A DNA stretch of 64,000 nt from NCBI GenBank assembly GCA_964291295.2, contig OZ219754.1, positions 2,400,001-2,464,000 on the forward strand, given 5' to 3'. Below the pieces are notes generated by a model. The model was not told the DNA's origin and made no database searches. It was given only the letters and a program-made list of their open reading frames with translations. Below, piece after piece: positions 19,128-27,825 of the stretch. Numbering within the stretch: the first letter of the stretch is position 1; each line of letters begins with the position of its first letter. Origin of the DNA: an uncultured Candidatus Binatia bacterium (GTDB taxonomy: Bacteria; Desulfobacterota; Binatia; UBA9968; JAJDTQ01). The position numbers and the translations under genes were made by a program.

Positions 19128-19156
19128 TTGAAAGGCATGTCCGGGTGGTCTATCCT
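19128..19156 (+). promoter_or_regulatory. Putative sigma70 promoter of the nuoB cluster
   Basis: TTGAAA-17 nt-TATCCT about 120 nt upstream of the nuoB ATG. Confidence 0.45.
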
Positions 19157-19274
19157 TGTGGACGGCCGGTATGGTACAGACCTGCGGAAGCGCCATCCGG
19201 CGGCCGAGTCCGGCAGTAACATCCGGCAGTCATTTCCGGTGGCGATCCGGTGGCGATTTCGACAGGAGGTTCGG

Positions 19275-19778
19275 ATGCCGATTACCAACAGTCTTCCCGA
19301 GACGGTCTTCACCACCCGGGTCGACGATCTGTTGAACTGGGGCAGGGCGTCGTCTCAGTGGTACATGCTGTTCGGACTGGCCTGTTGCGCCATCGAACTC
19401 ATGCAGACCGGAGGGCCGCGGGCGGACCTGGACCGGTTCGGTTGCGTGCCCCGGGCGACGCCGCGCCAGTCGGACCTCATGATCGTGGCCGGGACGCTGA
19501 CCTACAAGATGGCCAAGCGCACCCGGCTTCTCTACGACCAGATGCCCGATCCCAAGTACGTCATCTCCATGGGAAGCTGCTCCAACTGCGGCGGCCTGTT
19601 TCAGATGGCCTATTCCGTGTGCAAGGGGGTCGACAAGATCGTGCCGGTGGACGTCTATGTCCCCGGGTGCCCGCCGCGCCCCGAGGCCCTGACCGAGGGA
19701 CTGCTGCGGATCCAGGACAAGGTGATGCGTGAGCGCTGGCTGGTCAAGGGTTCCGCGGCCGCGGCGGCTCGTGCATAG
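19275..19778 (+). CDS. nuoB: NADH-quinone oxidoreductase subunit B (orphan copy)
   Basis: [37 protein letters not shown] and [13 protein letters not shown]; AGGAGG RBS. Confidence 0.92.
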   Translation: MPITNSLPETVFTTRVDDLLNWGRASSQWYMLFGLACCAIELMQTGGPRADLDRFGCVPRATPRQSDLMIVAGTLTYKMAKRTRLLYDQMPDPKYVISMGSCSNCGGLFQMAYSVCKGVDKIVPVDVYVPGCPPRPEALTEGLLRIQDKVMRERWLVKGSAAAAARA

Positions 19779-19789
19779 GGAGAAGTTGA

Positions 19790-20098
19790 ATGGCAGAGTA
19801 CATCAAGGTCGCAACGACGGATGAGGTGGAACCCGGCGGGTCCAAGCTGGTGGAGGTCCAGGGCCGGCGGGTCGCCCTGTTCAATCTGGAAGGGACTTTT
19901 TATGCCATCGACGACGTCTGCACGCATCGCGGCGCACCGCTCTCCGAGGGAGAGTTGATGGGCAGGGAGGTTCAGTGCCCGTGGCATGGGGCCTGTTTCG
20001 ACGTCACCACGGGCGAGGCCTCCGGCCCTCCGGCGGAGGAGGGCGTGGATACTTTCAACGTCCGCGTGGCGGGGTCCGATGTCGAAGTCGAGGTTTGA
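19790..20098 (+). CDS. Rieske [2Fe-2S] ferredoxin
   Basis: CTH...CPWHG Rieske ligands, 102 aa. Confidence 0.92.
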   Translation: MAEYIKVATTDEVEPGGSKLVEVQGRRVALFNLEGTFYAIDDVCTHRGAPLSEGELMGREVQCPWHGACFDVTTGEASGPPAEEGVDTFNVRVAGSDVEVEV

Positions 20099-20148
20099 CC
20101 CGTTGCCGGCGTGCACCGGGCACCGTTGCCAGAACAAGGAGACAAGCC

Positions 20149-20472
20149 ATGGCGGATGATGTCATCAGCAGGATCGAGGAGCAGGTGAAGAACAATCGGG
20201 TGATGGTCTTCATGAAGGGGACGCCGAACTTCCCGCAGTGCGGCTTTTCGGCCCACACGGTGGAGATCCTGCGCGCCCACAACGCGGAGTTCGAGAGCTT
20301 CGATGTGCTTTCCGACCCCAGCATCCGGGACGGCGTCAAGCAGTACTCGAAATGGCCCACCATCCCGCAGGTCTACATCGACGGCAAGTTCGTGGGCGGC
20401 TGCGACATCGTTCACGAACTGCATGAACGGGGCGAGCTCGGCGAGATGCTCAAGTCCGCCGCCGGGGAGTGA
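20149..20472 (+). CDS. grxD: Monothiol glutaredoxin (Grx4/GrxD)
   Basis: FMKGTP..PQCGFS, WPTIPQ and GGCD motifs; AAGGAG RBS. Confidence 0.93.
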   Translation: MADDVISRIEEQVKNNRVMVFMKGTPNFPQCGFSAHTVEILRAHNAEFESFDVLSDPSIRDGVKQYSKWPTIPQVYIDGKFVGGCDIVHELHERGELGEMLKSAAGE

Positions 20473-20478
20473 CCTTCC

Positions 20479-20889
20479 ACGCCTTCGCCATACGACGAGA
20501 TAGGCGGGGAACGCCTGCGCCAGGTCATTGATGTCTTCGTGGACCGGCTCTTCGACGACATCATGATCGGCTTCTTCTTCCGCAACGCCGACCGCAGCCG
20601 CATCAAGGAGCTGGAGTTCCAGTTCACAGCCCGCGTGCTCGGCGCGGACATCGAGTACCGGGGGCGTCCCCTGGAACAGGCTCACGCCCCCCACCCCATC
20701 ATGGGCGGACAGTTCGCCCGCCGGCTGCAGATCCTGCGCGAGACCCTTGACGAACTCCAGGTTCCCCGCACCGTGCGCACGGCTTGGCTGGATCATACCG
20801 AGAGCCTGCGCTCCCTCATCACCCGGGACCGGGGTTCGGACTGCGACCCCGCCGAGGCCCGCCGCAAGGCGCTGGGAAAAATCCCGTGA
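20479..20889 (+). CDS. Group I truncated hemoglobin (N-terminus begins at ACG; first canonical start is 20539)
   Basis: In-frame SPYDEIGGE..VIDVFVDRLFDD..IGFFF and LGADIEYRGRPLEQAH (proximal His) match the 2/2 globin pattern. Confidence 0.75.
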   Translation, partial: TPSPYDEIGGERLRQVIDVFVDRLFDDIMIGFFFRNADRSRIKELEFQFTARVLGADIEYRGRPLEQAHAPHPIMGGQFARRLQILRETLDELQVPRTVRTAWLDHTESLRSLITRDRGSDCDPAEARRKALGKIP

Positions 20890-21839
20890 ACGAACCCCGC
20901 GAAGACCGCCTGGTCATGAAGGTCGCGCGGGGCGAAGCCTTCGACCTGGCCCTGTACATCAAGCTCCGGGACCTCGAGACCGGAGAGGTCCACGACGTGC
21001 TGTCGCGGCTCGTGAACGTGGAGCGGGGACACTGCACCTTCTGGACCGAACTGGCGGGGCTCGAGGCGGTGGCGTTGAACCGGGTGGAACGGTTCCGGCT
21101 GGGCGTGCTTGTCCTGTTGCGGAAGCTCTTCGGTGTCCGCATGACTTTCCTCATCCTCGAGGCCATCGAGATATACGGCATCAAAAAGTACTGGACGCTT
21201 TGGGACCACTACAAGGACACGCCGCACGCGCCGAGGATAAAGGGCATCCTGCGGGACGAGTTCGGTCACGAGGACGAGATTGTTGCCGACCTCACCGGCC
21301 GGCGGCTCAACGCCGAACGTGTGCGCGACATCTTCCTGGGCCTGAACGACGGCCTGGTAGAGGTGCTGGGCAGCGTCAGCGGCTTCTACGCCTCGTTCGG
21401 TGATCCCGTCTACGTGCTGGTGGCCAGCCTGACCGTGGCGGCGGCCGGCTCCATCTCCATGGCGGCCGGGGTGCTGGCCTCGTCGCGGTCGCAGCGGGAG
21501 GTTCAGCGCATCGAGAACGCCAAGCGCAACTTCTTCGATCCCGACGCAGGGGCGACCGAGGAGACGCGTCCGCTGGCGGCGGCCGGCGCGGTGGCGGCCT
21601 CCTACCTCCTGGGGGCGACCGTTCCCATCGTGCCGGTGCTTCTCGGCGCGGCCAGTCCGGTCGGATCCATCGTCGTGGGCGGCGTCATGGTGGCGCTGGT
21701 GACCATGACACTGTCGCTCATGTCCGGAATGGAGGTGCGCAGCCGGGTGCTCCAGAATCTGGTGCTGGTGTCGGTGGCGGTTGCCGTGACCTACGCTCTG
21801 GGCACGCTGGTCAAGCACTTCTGGCAGATCACCGTGTAA
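20886..21839 (+). CDS. Ferritin-like domain fused to VIT1/CCC1 iron transporter (MbfA-like architecture)
   Basis: N-terminal E..ERGH..E..EFGH pattern, then RDIFLGLNDGLVE and AGSISMAAG VIT1 motifs. GTGA overlap with the globin stop. Confidence 0.8.
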   Translation: MNEPREDRLVMKVARGEAFDLALYIKLRDLETGEVHDVLSRLVNVERGHCTFWTELAGLEAVALNRVERFRLGVLVLLRKLFGVRMTFLILEAIEIYGIKKYWTLWDHYKDTPHAPRIKGILRDEFGHEDEIVADLTGRRLNAERVRDIFLGLNDGLVEVLGSVSGFYASFGDPVYVLVASLTVAAAGSISMAAGVLASSRSQREVQRIENAKRNFFDPDAGATEETRPLAAAGAVAASYLLGATVPIVPVLLGAASPVGSIVVGGVMVALVTMTLSLMSGMEVRSRVLQNLVLVSVAVAVTYALGTLVKHFWQITV

Positions 21840-21860
21840 CGGTCGGGTCTCCGAGGCATC

Positions 21861-23420
21861 ATGGACAACCGGGACGGCACATCCGCGTGGGACTATCACG
21901 AGCGCACCAAGCACTCCACCGTGAGCATCCGAAGCGGTCCGCACCACCTGGACTGGGCCAACCAGCCCCATCCCTTCAAGGTTTACGAGAATCTCGATTC
22001 ATTGCCGTTGGAGCCGCATCTGGCGTCGTCCGGCATGCCGGCGCTGCTGGCCCTGTCCCGGTCCGCTGCGGAGCGGGAACGCCAGCCCACCCGGCGGGAA
22101 CTGGGCGATATCCTGTTCCTCTCCGCCGGTGTCACGCGCCGCCGGCGTTATCCCGGCGGCGAGATGCTGTTCCGGGCGGCCGCGTGCACGGGCGCGCTGT
22201 ACCATGTCGATCTCTACGTCGTGGCGGGACCGCTGGCGGACCTCGACGCGGCTGTCTATCATTTCGCCCCCGAGAAGTTCGCCCTGACACCGCTGCGGAC
22301 GGGCGACCACCGCGGCGCCCTGGTGGCGGCCGCCGGCGGCGAGTCGGCGCTGGCTCACGCTCCGCTGGTTCTGGTGCTCGCCTCGACGTTCTGGCGCAAC
22401 AGCTGGAAGTACCGCGATCGCGCTTACCGTCACTGCTTCTGGGACGGCGGCACCATCCTGGCCCACTGTCTCGCGGCGGCCTGCGCACGGGATCTCCCGG
22501 CGCGCGCGGTGATGGGGTTCGCCGACGCTTCGGTCAACCATCTGCTGGGGCTCGATTCCGCCAGGGAGGCGGCGTTGTGTCTCGTGCCGCTGGGCCGGTC
22601 GGCAGCGGTCACGGCGGCTTCCGGTGCGGCGTTGCCGTCCCTGCAACTGGCCACGCGGCCGCTTTCGCGCTCGGACGTGGATTACCCTTCCATCCGGGCG
22701 GTGCACGCGGCGTCGAATCTGGAGAGCGGCGCCGAGGCCCGGAGCTGGCGGCAGGGGGACGCAGCTGAAGGGGATGCGGCTGGAGCGTATGCCGGACCGG
22801 GGGAGGCGGAGGCCCCGGCAGCCGGCGAACGGCTGCTGGAGGTGGCGCCCGAGGCGTCCCTGCCCACCGGCACCCTGGAACAGGTGATCATGCGCCGGGG
22901 CTCCACCCGGCATTTCTCGCACGAAGCGATCACTCTGCCCGAGTTGTCGAACTTGCTGCACTATGCCCTGCGAGGGGTTGCCATGGATGTCGATCCCGCG
23001 GGTTCCCGAATGCTCAACCGGCTCTACCTCATCGTCAACCACGTGGACGGCCTCGTCCCCGGCGCCTACGTCCTGGATCGCCACCGGGAGTGCCTGCAAC
23101 TCCTCAAGGAGGGGGAGTTCCGCAGGGAAGCCGGTTTTCTCGGACTGAGGCAGGAGATTCCCGCCGACGCCAGCGTCAACGTCTACTTTCTGGTTGACCT
23201 CGACCCGGTGCTACGGCATTACGGCAACCGCGGTTACCGGCTGGCGCAGATGGAAGCCGGCGTCGCCGCGGGACGCCTCTACCTGGCCGCCTACGCCCAA
23301 GGTTTCGGCGCCTCCGGGCTGACCTTTTTCGACGACGACGTGACCGCCTTCTTCTCGCCGCACGCCGCGGGCAAAAGCGTCATGTTCCTGATTGCGCTGG
23401 GCCGGCGGCTGAAGCGATAG
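21861..23420 (+). CDS. SagB/ThcOx-family nitroreductase-fold dehydrogenase (two domains)
   Basis: YHERTKH, DWANQP.PFK, RAAACTGALY, WKYRDRAYR, RRGSTR and GASGLTFFDD. Confidence 0.85.
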   Translation: MDNRDGTSAWDYHERTKHSTVSIRSGPHHLDWANQPHPFKVYENLDSLPLEPHLASSGMPALLALSRSAAERERQPTRRELGDILFLSAGVTRRRRYPGGEMLFRAAACTGALYHVDLYVVAGPLADLDAAVYHFAPEKFALTPLRTGDHRGALVAAAGGESALAHAPLVLVLASTFWRNSWKYRDRAYRHCFWDGGTILAHCLAAACARDLPARAVMGFADASVNHLLGLDSAREAALCLVPLGRSAAVTAASGAALPSLQLATRPLSRSDVDYPSIRAVHAASNLESGAEARSWRQGDAAEGDAAGAYAGPGEAEAPAAGERLLEVAPEASLPTGTLEQVIMRRGSTRHFSHEAITLPELSNLLHYALRGVAMDVDPAGSRMLNRLYLIVNHVDGLVPGAYVLDRHRECLQLLKEGEFRREAGFLGLRQEIPADASVNVYFLVDLDPVLRHYGNRGYRLAQMEAGVAAGRLYLAAYAQGFGASGLTFFDDDVTAFFSPHAAGKSVMFLIALGRRLKR

Positions 23421-23527
23421 CGCGCCAGGGCCCGTCGCCCTTCCCGTGGGATCATCCCGCGGTCCCGCCCGGAATCGGGGGTCCGGAGATGGGGAGGGCG
23501 TCACCGCGGCGCTGCCCCCGGCCCTCC

Positions 23528-25057
23528 CTACCGCCGGCTCCAGGCCAGCCAACGCTGAAAGATGCGCTTCACCCATGGCGTCAGGCGGGTGCGGTTGAAC
23601 GCGTCGCCGGTCTGCTTGATGGCCTCGGCCTGGGTGGGATAAGGGTGGATGACGTTGGCGATGGTGCCGAGGCCCACCTTCCCGGCCATGGCCAGGGTGA
23701 TCTCGCTGATCATCTCGCCGGCATGGCGCGCGACGATGGTGCCGCCGACGATCTTGTCGGTGCCCTTCCTGACGTGGATCTTGACGAAACCCTCCTCCTC
23801 GCCGTCCGCCAGCGCCCGGTCCACCTCCCTGAACTCCCGTGTGTAGGTGTCGATGGCGACGCCCCGGGCCTCGGCGTCGCGTTCGTACATGCCCACGTGG
23901 GCGATCTCGGGGTCGGTGTAGGTGGCCCACGGCATGATGAGGGAACTCAGCTTCCGGCTCTTGTAGAACAGTGCGTTCTGGATGATGATCCGGGCGGCCG
24001 CATCGGCCGCGTGGGTGAACTTCCAGTCCATGCAGACGTCGCCGCCGGCGAAGATGCGCGGATTGGTGGTCTGCAGGTAGTCGTTGACCACGACGCCGCG
24101 GAATGGATGAAACTCGACGCCGACGCCTTGGAGGTTCAGGCTATCCACGTTGGGCGCGCGTCCGGCTCCCACCAGGATCTCGTCCACCGCCGCCGAGTCG
24201 ACGTTGCCGCCGGCTTCGAAATGGATCACCTTGCGGCCGTTGTCCGTGGTCACCCGTGGCAGCGAGCTGTCGAGCACGAGCTGGATGCCCTCCCGCAGGA
24301 ACTGCCGCTGGACGATGGCCGCGGCATCGGCGTCCTCGCGATTGAGGATGTGGTCGCCGTTGTGGAACAGCAACACTTGGCAGCCCAGCCGCTGGAAGGT
24401 CTGCGCCAGTTCGCAGCCGATGGGCCCGGCGCCGATGACCGCCAGCCGTTCCGGGCGTCGGGTGAGGGAGAAGACGGTCTCGTTGGTGAGATAGCCGGCC
24501 TCCTCGATTCCCTCGATGGGCGGATGCGGCGCCACCGCCCGGGCGCCGGAGGCGATGACGGCCTTCCGGAAATGCAGGGGCTGGCCGTCCACCTCGACGG
24601 TCTCGGGACCGGTGAAACGGGCATTGCCCAGGAACACGTCGACGCCCAGCTCGGTGAAACGCTGCACCGAATCGTGGTGGCTGATGTGGGAGCGGATCCG
24701 GCGCATGCGTTCCATCACCGCGGCGAAGTCCACCTGCACATCGTCGGGCCGGCCGATGCCGAACCGATGGGCGTCCCGGAGTTCCGCCGCCGCGCGGGAC
24801 GAGCGAATGATGCATTTGGACGGTACGCAGCCGACGTTCAGGCAGTCGCCGCCCAGGTAGTGGCGCTCGATCAGGGCGACCTTGGCGCCGAGGCCGGCCG
24901 CGCCCGCCGCCGTCACCAGTCCCGCCGTGCCGGCGCCGATCACCACCAGGTTGTAGCGGTCGGCCGGCGTGGGATTGGTCCAGTCCGGCGGGTGCGTGTT
25001 GGACCCCAGCACCTGGTTGTGTTCATCCTGCGGCGACAGCGGTGGGATGTGACGCAT
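23528..25057 (-). CDS. Pyridine nucleotide-disulfide oxidoreductase (mercuric reductase/dihydrolipoamide dehydrogenase-like)
   Basis: GAGTAG, GGDCLNVGCVPSK, GAGPIGCE, FTHAA and IHPYPTQAE; no C-terminal Cys-Cys. Confidence 0.88.
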   Translation of the reverse strand: MRHIPPLSPQDEHNQVLGSNTHPPDWTNPTPADRYNLVVIGAGTAGLVTAAGAAGLGAKVALIERHYLGGDCLNVGCVPSKCIIRSSRAAAELRDAHRFGIGRPDDVQVDFAAVMERMRRIRSHISHHDSVQRFTELGVDVFLGNARFTGPETVEVDGQPLHFRKAVIASGARAVAPHPPIEGIEEAGYLTNETVFSLTRRPERLAVIGAGPIGCELAQTFQRLGCQVLLFHNGDHILNREDADAAAIVQRQFLREGIQLVLDSSLPRVTTDNGRKVIHFEAGGNVDSAAVDEILVGAGRAPNVDSLNLQGVGVEFHPFRGVVVNDYLQTTNPRIFAGGDVCMDWKFTHAADAAARIIIQNALFYKSRKLSSLIMPWATYTDPEIAHVGMYERDAEARGVAIDTYTREFREVDRALADGEEEGFVKIHVRKGTDKIVGGTIVARHAGEMISEITLAMAGKVGLGTIANVIHPYPTQAEAIKQTGDAFNRTRLTPWVKRIFQRWLAWSRR

Positions 25058-25111
25058 CGGTTGGTTCTCCGAGTCCTTGACGACAGTGTCCGCCGAAGCG
25101 TTGCGGCCGGC

Positions 25112-25810
25112 CTATGCCGCCTTCGCCGGTCTCCTCCCGCGGACCAGTTCGATGGCTTTCCTGGCCATGAGCGGGAACAGCCCGAGCAGTACGAAGGACA
25201 GCAGCAGCGTGGGCGAGAGGATGCCGGCCAGGGAGTCGATCTGCGCCAGCTGGGTTCCGGCGTTGACGTAGACCACGGTGCCGGGGAGCATCCCCAGTTG
25301 GCTGACAAGGAAGAACGGCATCGTGCGGATTGGCGTGAGCCCCATGACGAGGTTGATGACGAAGAAGGGGATCACCGGAATCAGCCGCACGGTGAAGAGG
25401 TAGAACAGGCCCTCCCTGGCGATGCCGTTGTTGATGGTTTCGAGTTTGTCGCCGAACCTGCCCTGAATGCTGTCGCGCAGGAGAAAGCGCGCCACCAGGA
25501 AGGCCAGGGTGGCGCCGAGGGTGCTGCAGAAGGAAACCACGAGGGTGCCGGTGACCACTCCGAAGAGTGCGCCGCCCAGCAGTGTCATGATCGCGGCGCC
25601 GGGCAGCGAGAGCGCGGTCACCGCGACGTAGATGGCGGCGTAGGCGGTGAGGGTAATGGCCGGGTTGTGCTGGTAATAGGTCTGGTAGGCGTCCCGCTGG
25701 GCCTTGATGAACTCCAGGTCGAAGTAGCGGCCGAGGTCGAAGACGAAGAAGGCTGCGATGAGGGCTGCCACCAGCACCACGACTGCCATCTTGACGATTC
25801 GTTGATTCAT
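25112..25810 (-). CDS. TVP38/TMEM64 (VTT/DedA) family membrane protein
   Basis: LSLPGA..TLLGGALFG, GATLAFLVARF, RLIPVIPF and LGMLPGT..YVNAG. Confidence 0.88.
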   Translation of the reverse strand: MNQRIVKMAVVVLVAALIAAFFVFDLGRYFDLEFIKAQRDAYQTYYQHNPAITLTAYAAIYVAVTALSLPGAAIMTLLGGALFGVVTGTLVVSFCSTLGATLAFLVARFLLRDSIQGRFGDKLETINNGIAREGLFYLFTVRLIPVIPFFVINLVMGLTPIRTMPFFLVSQLGMLPGTVVYVNAGTQLAQIDSLAGILSPTLLLSFVLLGLFPLMARKAIELVRGRRPAKAA

Positions 25811-26051
25811 GGACGCTGTCTCCCGGTGGCCGTCGTCGTCCGGCGGCGTTCCAGTTCCGGTGGCCGTGTCGTCCCCGCGCATCTCTCTGCCGGCACGCTT
25901 GGTCGCGGCGGCCTGTCCGTGGGCCAGGCGCGCGATTTCCCGGGCGCGGTCCTTTATAGTTGATTTGGTGGCGCAGGTAAATTCCATGACGGGCAGCTCC
26001 TTTCCGGCAACAGGCTGCTTCCCCGGGCTGGACGGCGCGGCCGGGAGCTTG

Positions 26052-26747
26052 GTGAAACCGCCGGGACCGGCCCTGGTCGTCATGGCCCGGGCGCCGGTCC
26101 CGGGCAGGGTCAAGACCCGGTTGTGCCCGCCGCTTGATCCCGGCCAGGCGGCGGCGTTCTACGAGTGCGCGCTGCGGGACCTGCTGGATGAACTCGCGGC
26201 GTCGACGCGGTGGGATGCCTGGGTGGCCTGCGCCGAGCGGAGCCGGGACTACTTTCTGCGGCTTCAGGAACGCCGCCTGGCCCTGCTGCCGCAGCGGGGT
26301 GTTTCGCTGGGCGCGCGCATGCACGCGGTGTTCGTGGACCTGAGCCATGCCGGGTACCGCACGGTGGTGCTGGTGGGCAGCGACATCCCCACCCTGAAGG
26401 CGGCGGCGGTGGAGCGGGCCTGCGGGGCGTTGGATCAGGACCGGAGCGATCTGGTTCTGGGCCCGGCGGACGATGGCGGCTACTGGCTCATCGGTCTCCG
26501 TCGTCCGGAGGAAGGCCTTTTCAGCGGCATTGCCTGGAGCACCGCGTCGGTTCTGGACGAGACCCTGGCCCGGGCGCGGCAACGGAAGCTCCGGGTGGGG
26601 ATGGTGCCCGGCACCTACGATGTCGACACGGCGGTGGACCTGCGTCGGCTTGCCCGCGATCTGGAGCGCTCCCGGGAGCTGCGCGCCAGCCGTCCTCGGA
26701 CCTGTGCCTGGATCCGCGGCATGGCCGGCGCAGCCGGGGTCTTCTGA
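26052..26747 (+). CDS. DUF2064 / TIGR04282-type glycosyltransferase-like protein
   Basis: MARAPVPGRVKTRL, QRG.SLGARM, GSDIP, LGPADDGGYWLIG, IAWST and DVDT..DL. Confidence 0.85.
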   Translation: MKPPGPALVVMARAPVPGRVKTRLCPPLDPGQAAAFYECALRDLLDELAASTRWDAWVACAERSRDYFLRLQERRLALLPQRGVSLGARMHAVFVDLSHAGYRTVVLVGSDIPTLKAAAVERACGALDQDRSDLVLGPADDGGYWLIGLRRPEEGLFSGIAWSTASVLDETLARARQRKLRVGMVPGTYDVDTAVDLRRLARDLERSRELRASRPRTCAWIRGMAGAAGVF

Positions 26748-26785
26748 AATCCGCTCAGCCGAGGAGTGCGGGCCGAAGCGGTCGC

Positions 26786-27811
26786 CTACTTGCCGCGGGC
26801 CGGTCGGGTGGCGGCGCGAATGGCCTTGGTGCTCAGGGAGGAGAGTGGATGGGACGGAACGTCGGCCAGTTCCACCCAGCGCCAGTCCCGGCCGGTCACC
26901 GGCACCTTGCGCCGGAGCACGTAGACAGGCGCGGTGATCCGCTGGTCGGTCATGGCATGGCGTATCACCGCCACGGGTTCGGCGCGGCGGAGCACTCGGC
27001 CGACCACGGCGGCCGGCAGCGTGTCCGGGGTGGGCAACTCCCAGAGGCCGGCCAGAAGGCCGCTGTCGGGACGCCGGTGCAGCAGGATCCGCGACCGCGA
27101 CGCCACCAGCACCAGCGGCCAGCGCACGGGTCTCGTGGGCGCGGTTCGCCGGCGCGGCACGTCGAAGGATCCGGCGGCGCGCGCCCGGCACCAGTGGGCC
27201 AGGGGGCAGCGGCCGCACCGCGGCGCCGGCGGAAGGCAGACGGTGGCGCCCAGTTCCATGACCGCCTGGTTGAAGTCTCCGGGACGCGATCGGGACACCA
27301 TCGGCCCGGCGGCCTCGTCGAGGGGCCCCGGCTTTGCCGGGCCCAGCAGCCGCGCGTAGACGCGCCGCACGTTGCCGTCCGGTGCGGCGCAGCGCCGGCC
27401 GAAGGCGATGCTCAGGATCGCTCCCGCCGTATACCGGCCCACGCCCGGCAGGCGCAGCAGCGCCGAGGGGTCGTCCGGCAGCCTGCCGCCGTGCCGGCTT
27501 ACCAGCAGGCTGGCCGCCTGCTTGAGGTTGGCCGCGCGCCGGTAGTAGCCCAAGCCGGCCCAGACACTCCGGACCTCGTCCAGCGAGGCGCGGTGCAGCG
27601 CCTCCACCGACGGGAAGGCGGCCATGAAACGGCGATAGTAGGGCAGTACCGTCGCCACCTGGGTCTGCTGGAGCATGGTCTCGGAGACCCAGATGGCGTA
27701 GGGGTCACGGGTCCGGCGCCAGGGAAGGTCGCGCTTGTTGCGGTCGTACCAGCGCAGCAGCGCGGCCCGCATGCGCGCCCGCACCCGGGACGAGTGTTCG
27801 ATGACGGCCAT
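26786..27811 (-). CDS. mutY: A/G-specific adenine glycosylase MutY
   Basis: RDLPWR, WVSETMLQQT, WAGLGYY, LPGVGRYTA (HhH), NQAVMELGATVC and C-x6-C-x2-C-x4-C Fe-S region. Confidence 0.92.
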   Translation of the reverse strand: MAVIEHSSRVRARMRAALLRWYDRNKRDLPWRRTRDPYAIWVSETMLQQTQVATVLPYYRRFMAAFPSVEALHRASLDEVRSVWAGLGYYRRAANLKQAASLLVSRHGGRLPDDPSALLRLPGVGRYTAGAILSIAFGRRCAAPDGNVRRVYARLLGPAKPGPLDEAAGPMVSRSRPGDFNQAVMELGATVCLPPAPRCGRCPLAHWCRARAAGSFDVPRRRTAPTRPVRWPLVLVASRSRILLHRRPDSGLLAGLWELPTPDTLPAAVVGRVLRRAEPVAVIRHAMTDQRITAPVYVLRRKVPVTGRDWRWVELADVPSHPLSSLSTKAIRAATRPARGK

Positions 27812-27825
27812 TCACCGGCGGCGGG

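Noticed and set aside
18810-19196. ORF or gene remnant between fxsA and nuoB
   Set aside because: No recognisable motif in the listed frames; the region more likely holds divergent promoters.
20470-20472. Selenocysteine recoding of the grxD TGA
   Set aside because: The codon is at the normal GrxD C-terminus, not at a Cys-equivalent catalytic position, and I could not identify a SECIS hairpin.
23528-25057. merA (mercury resistance)
   Set aside because: No C-terminal Cys-Cys pair, no N-terminal metal-binding domain and no mer operon genes.
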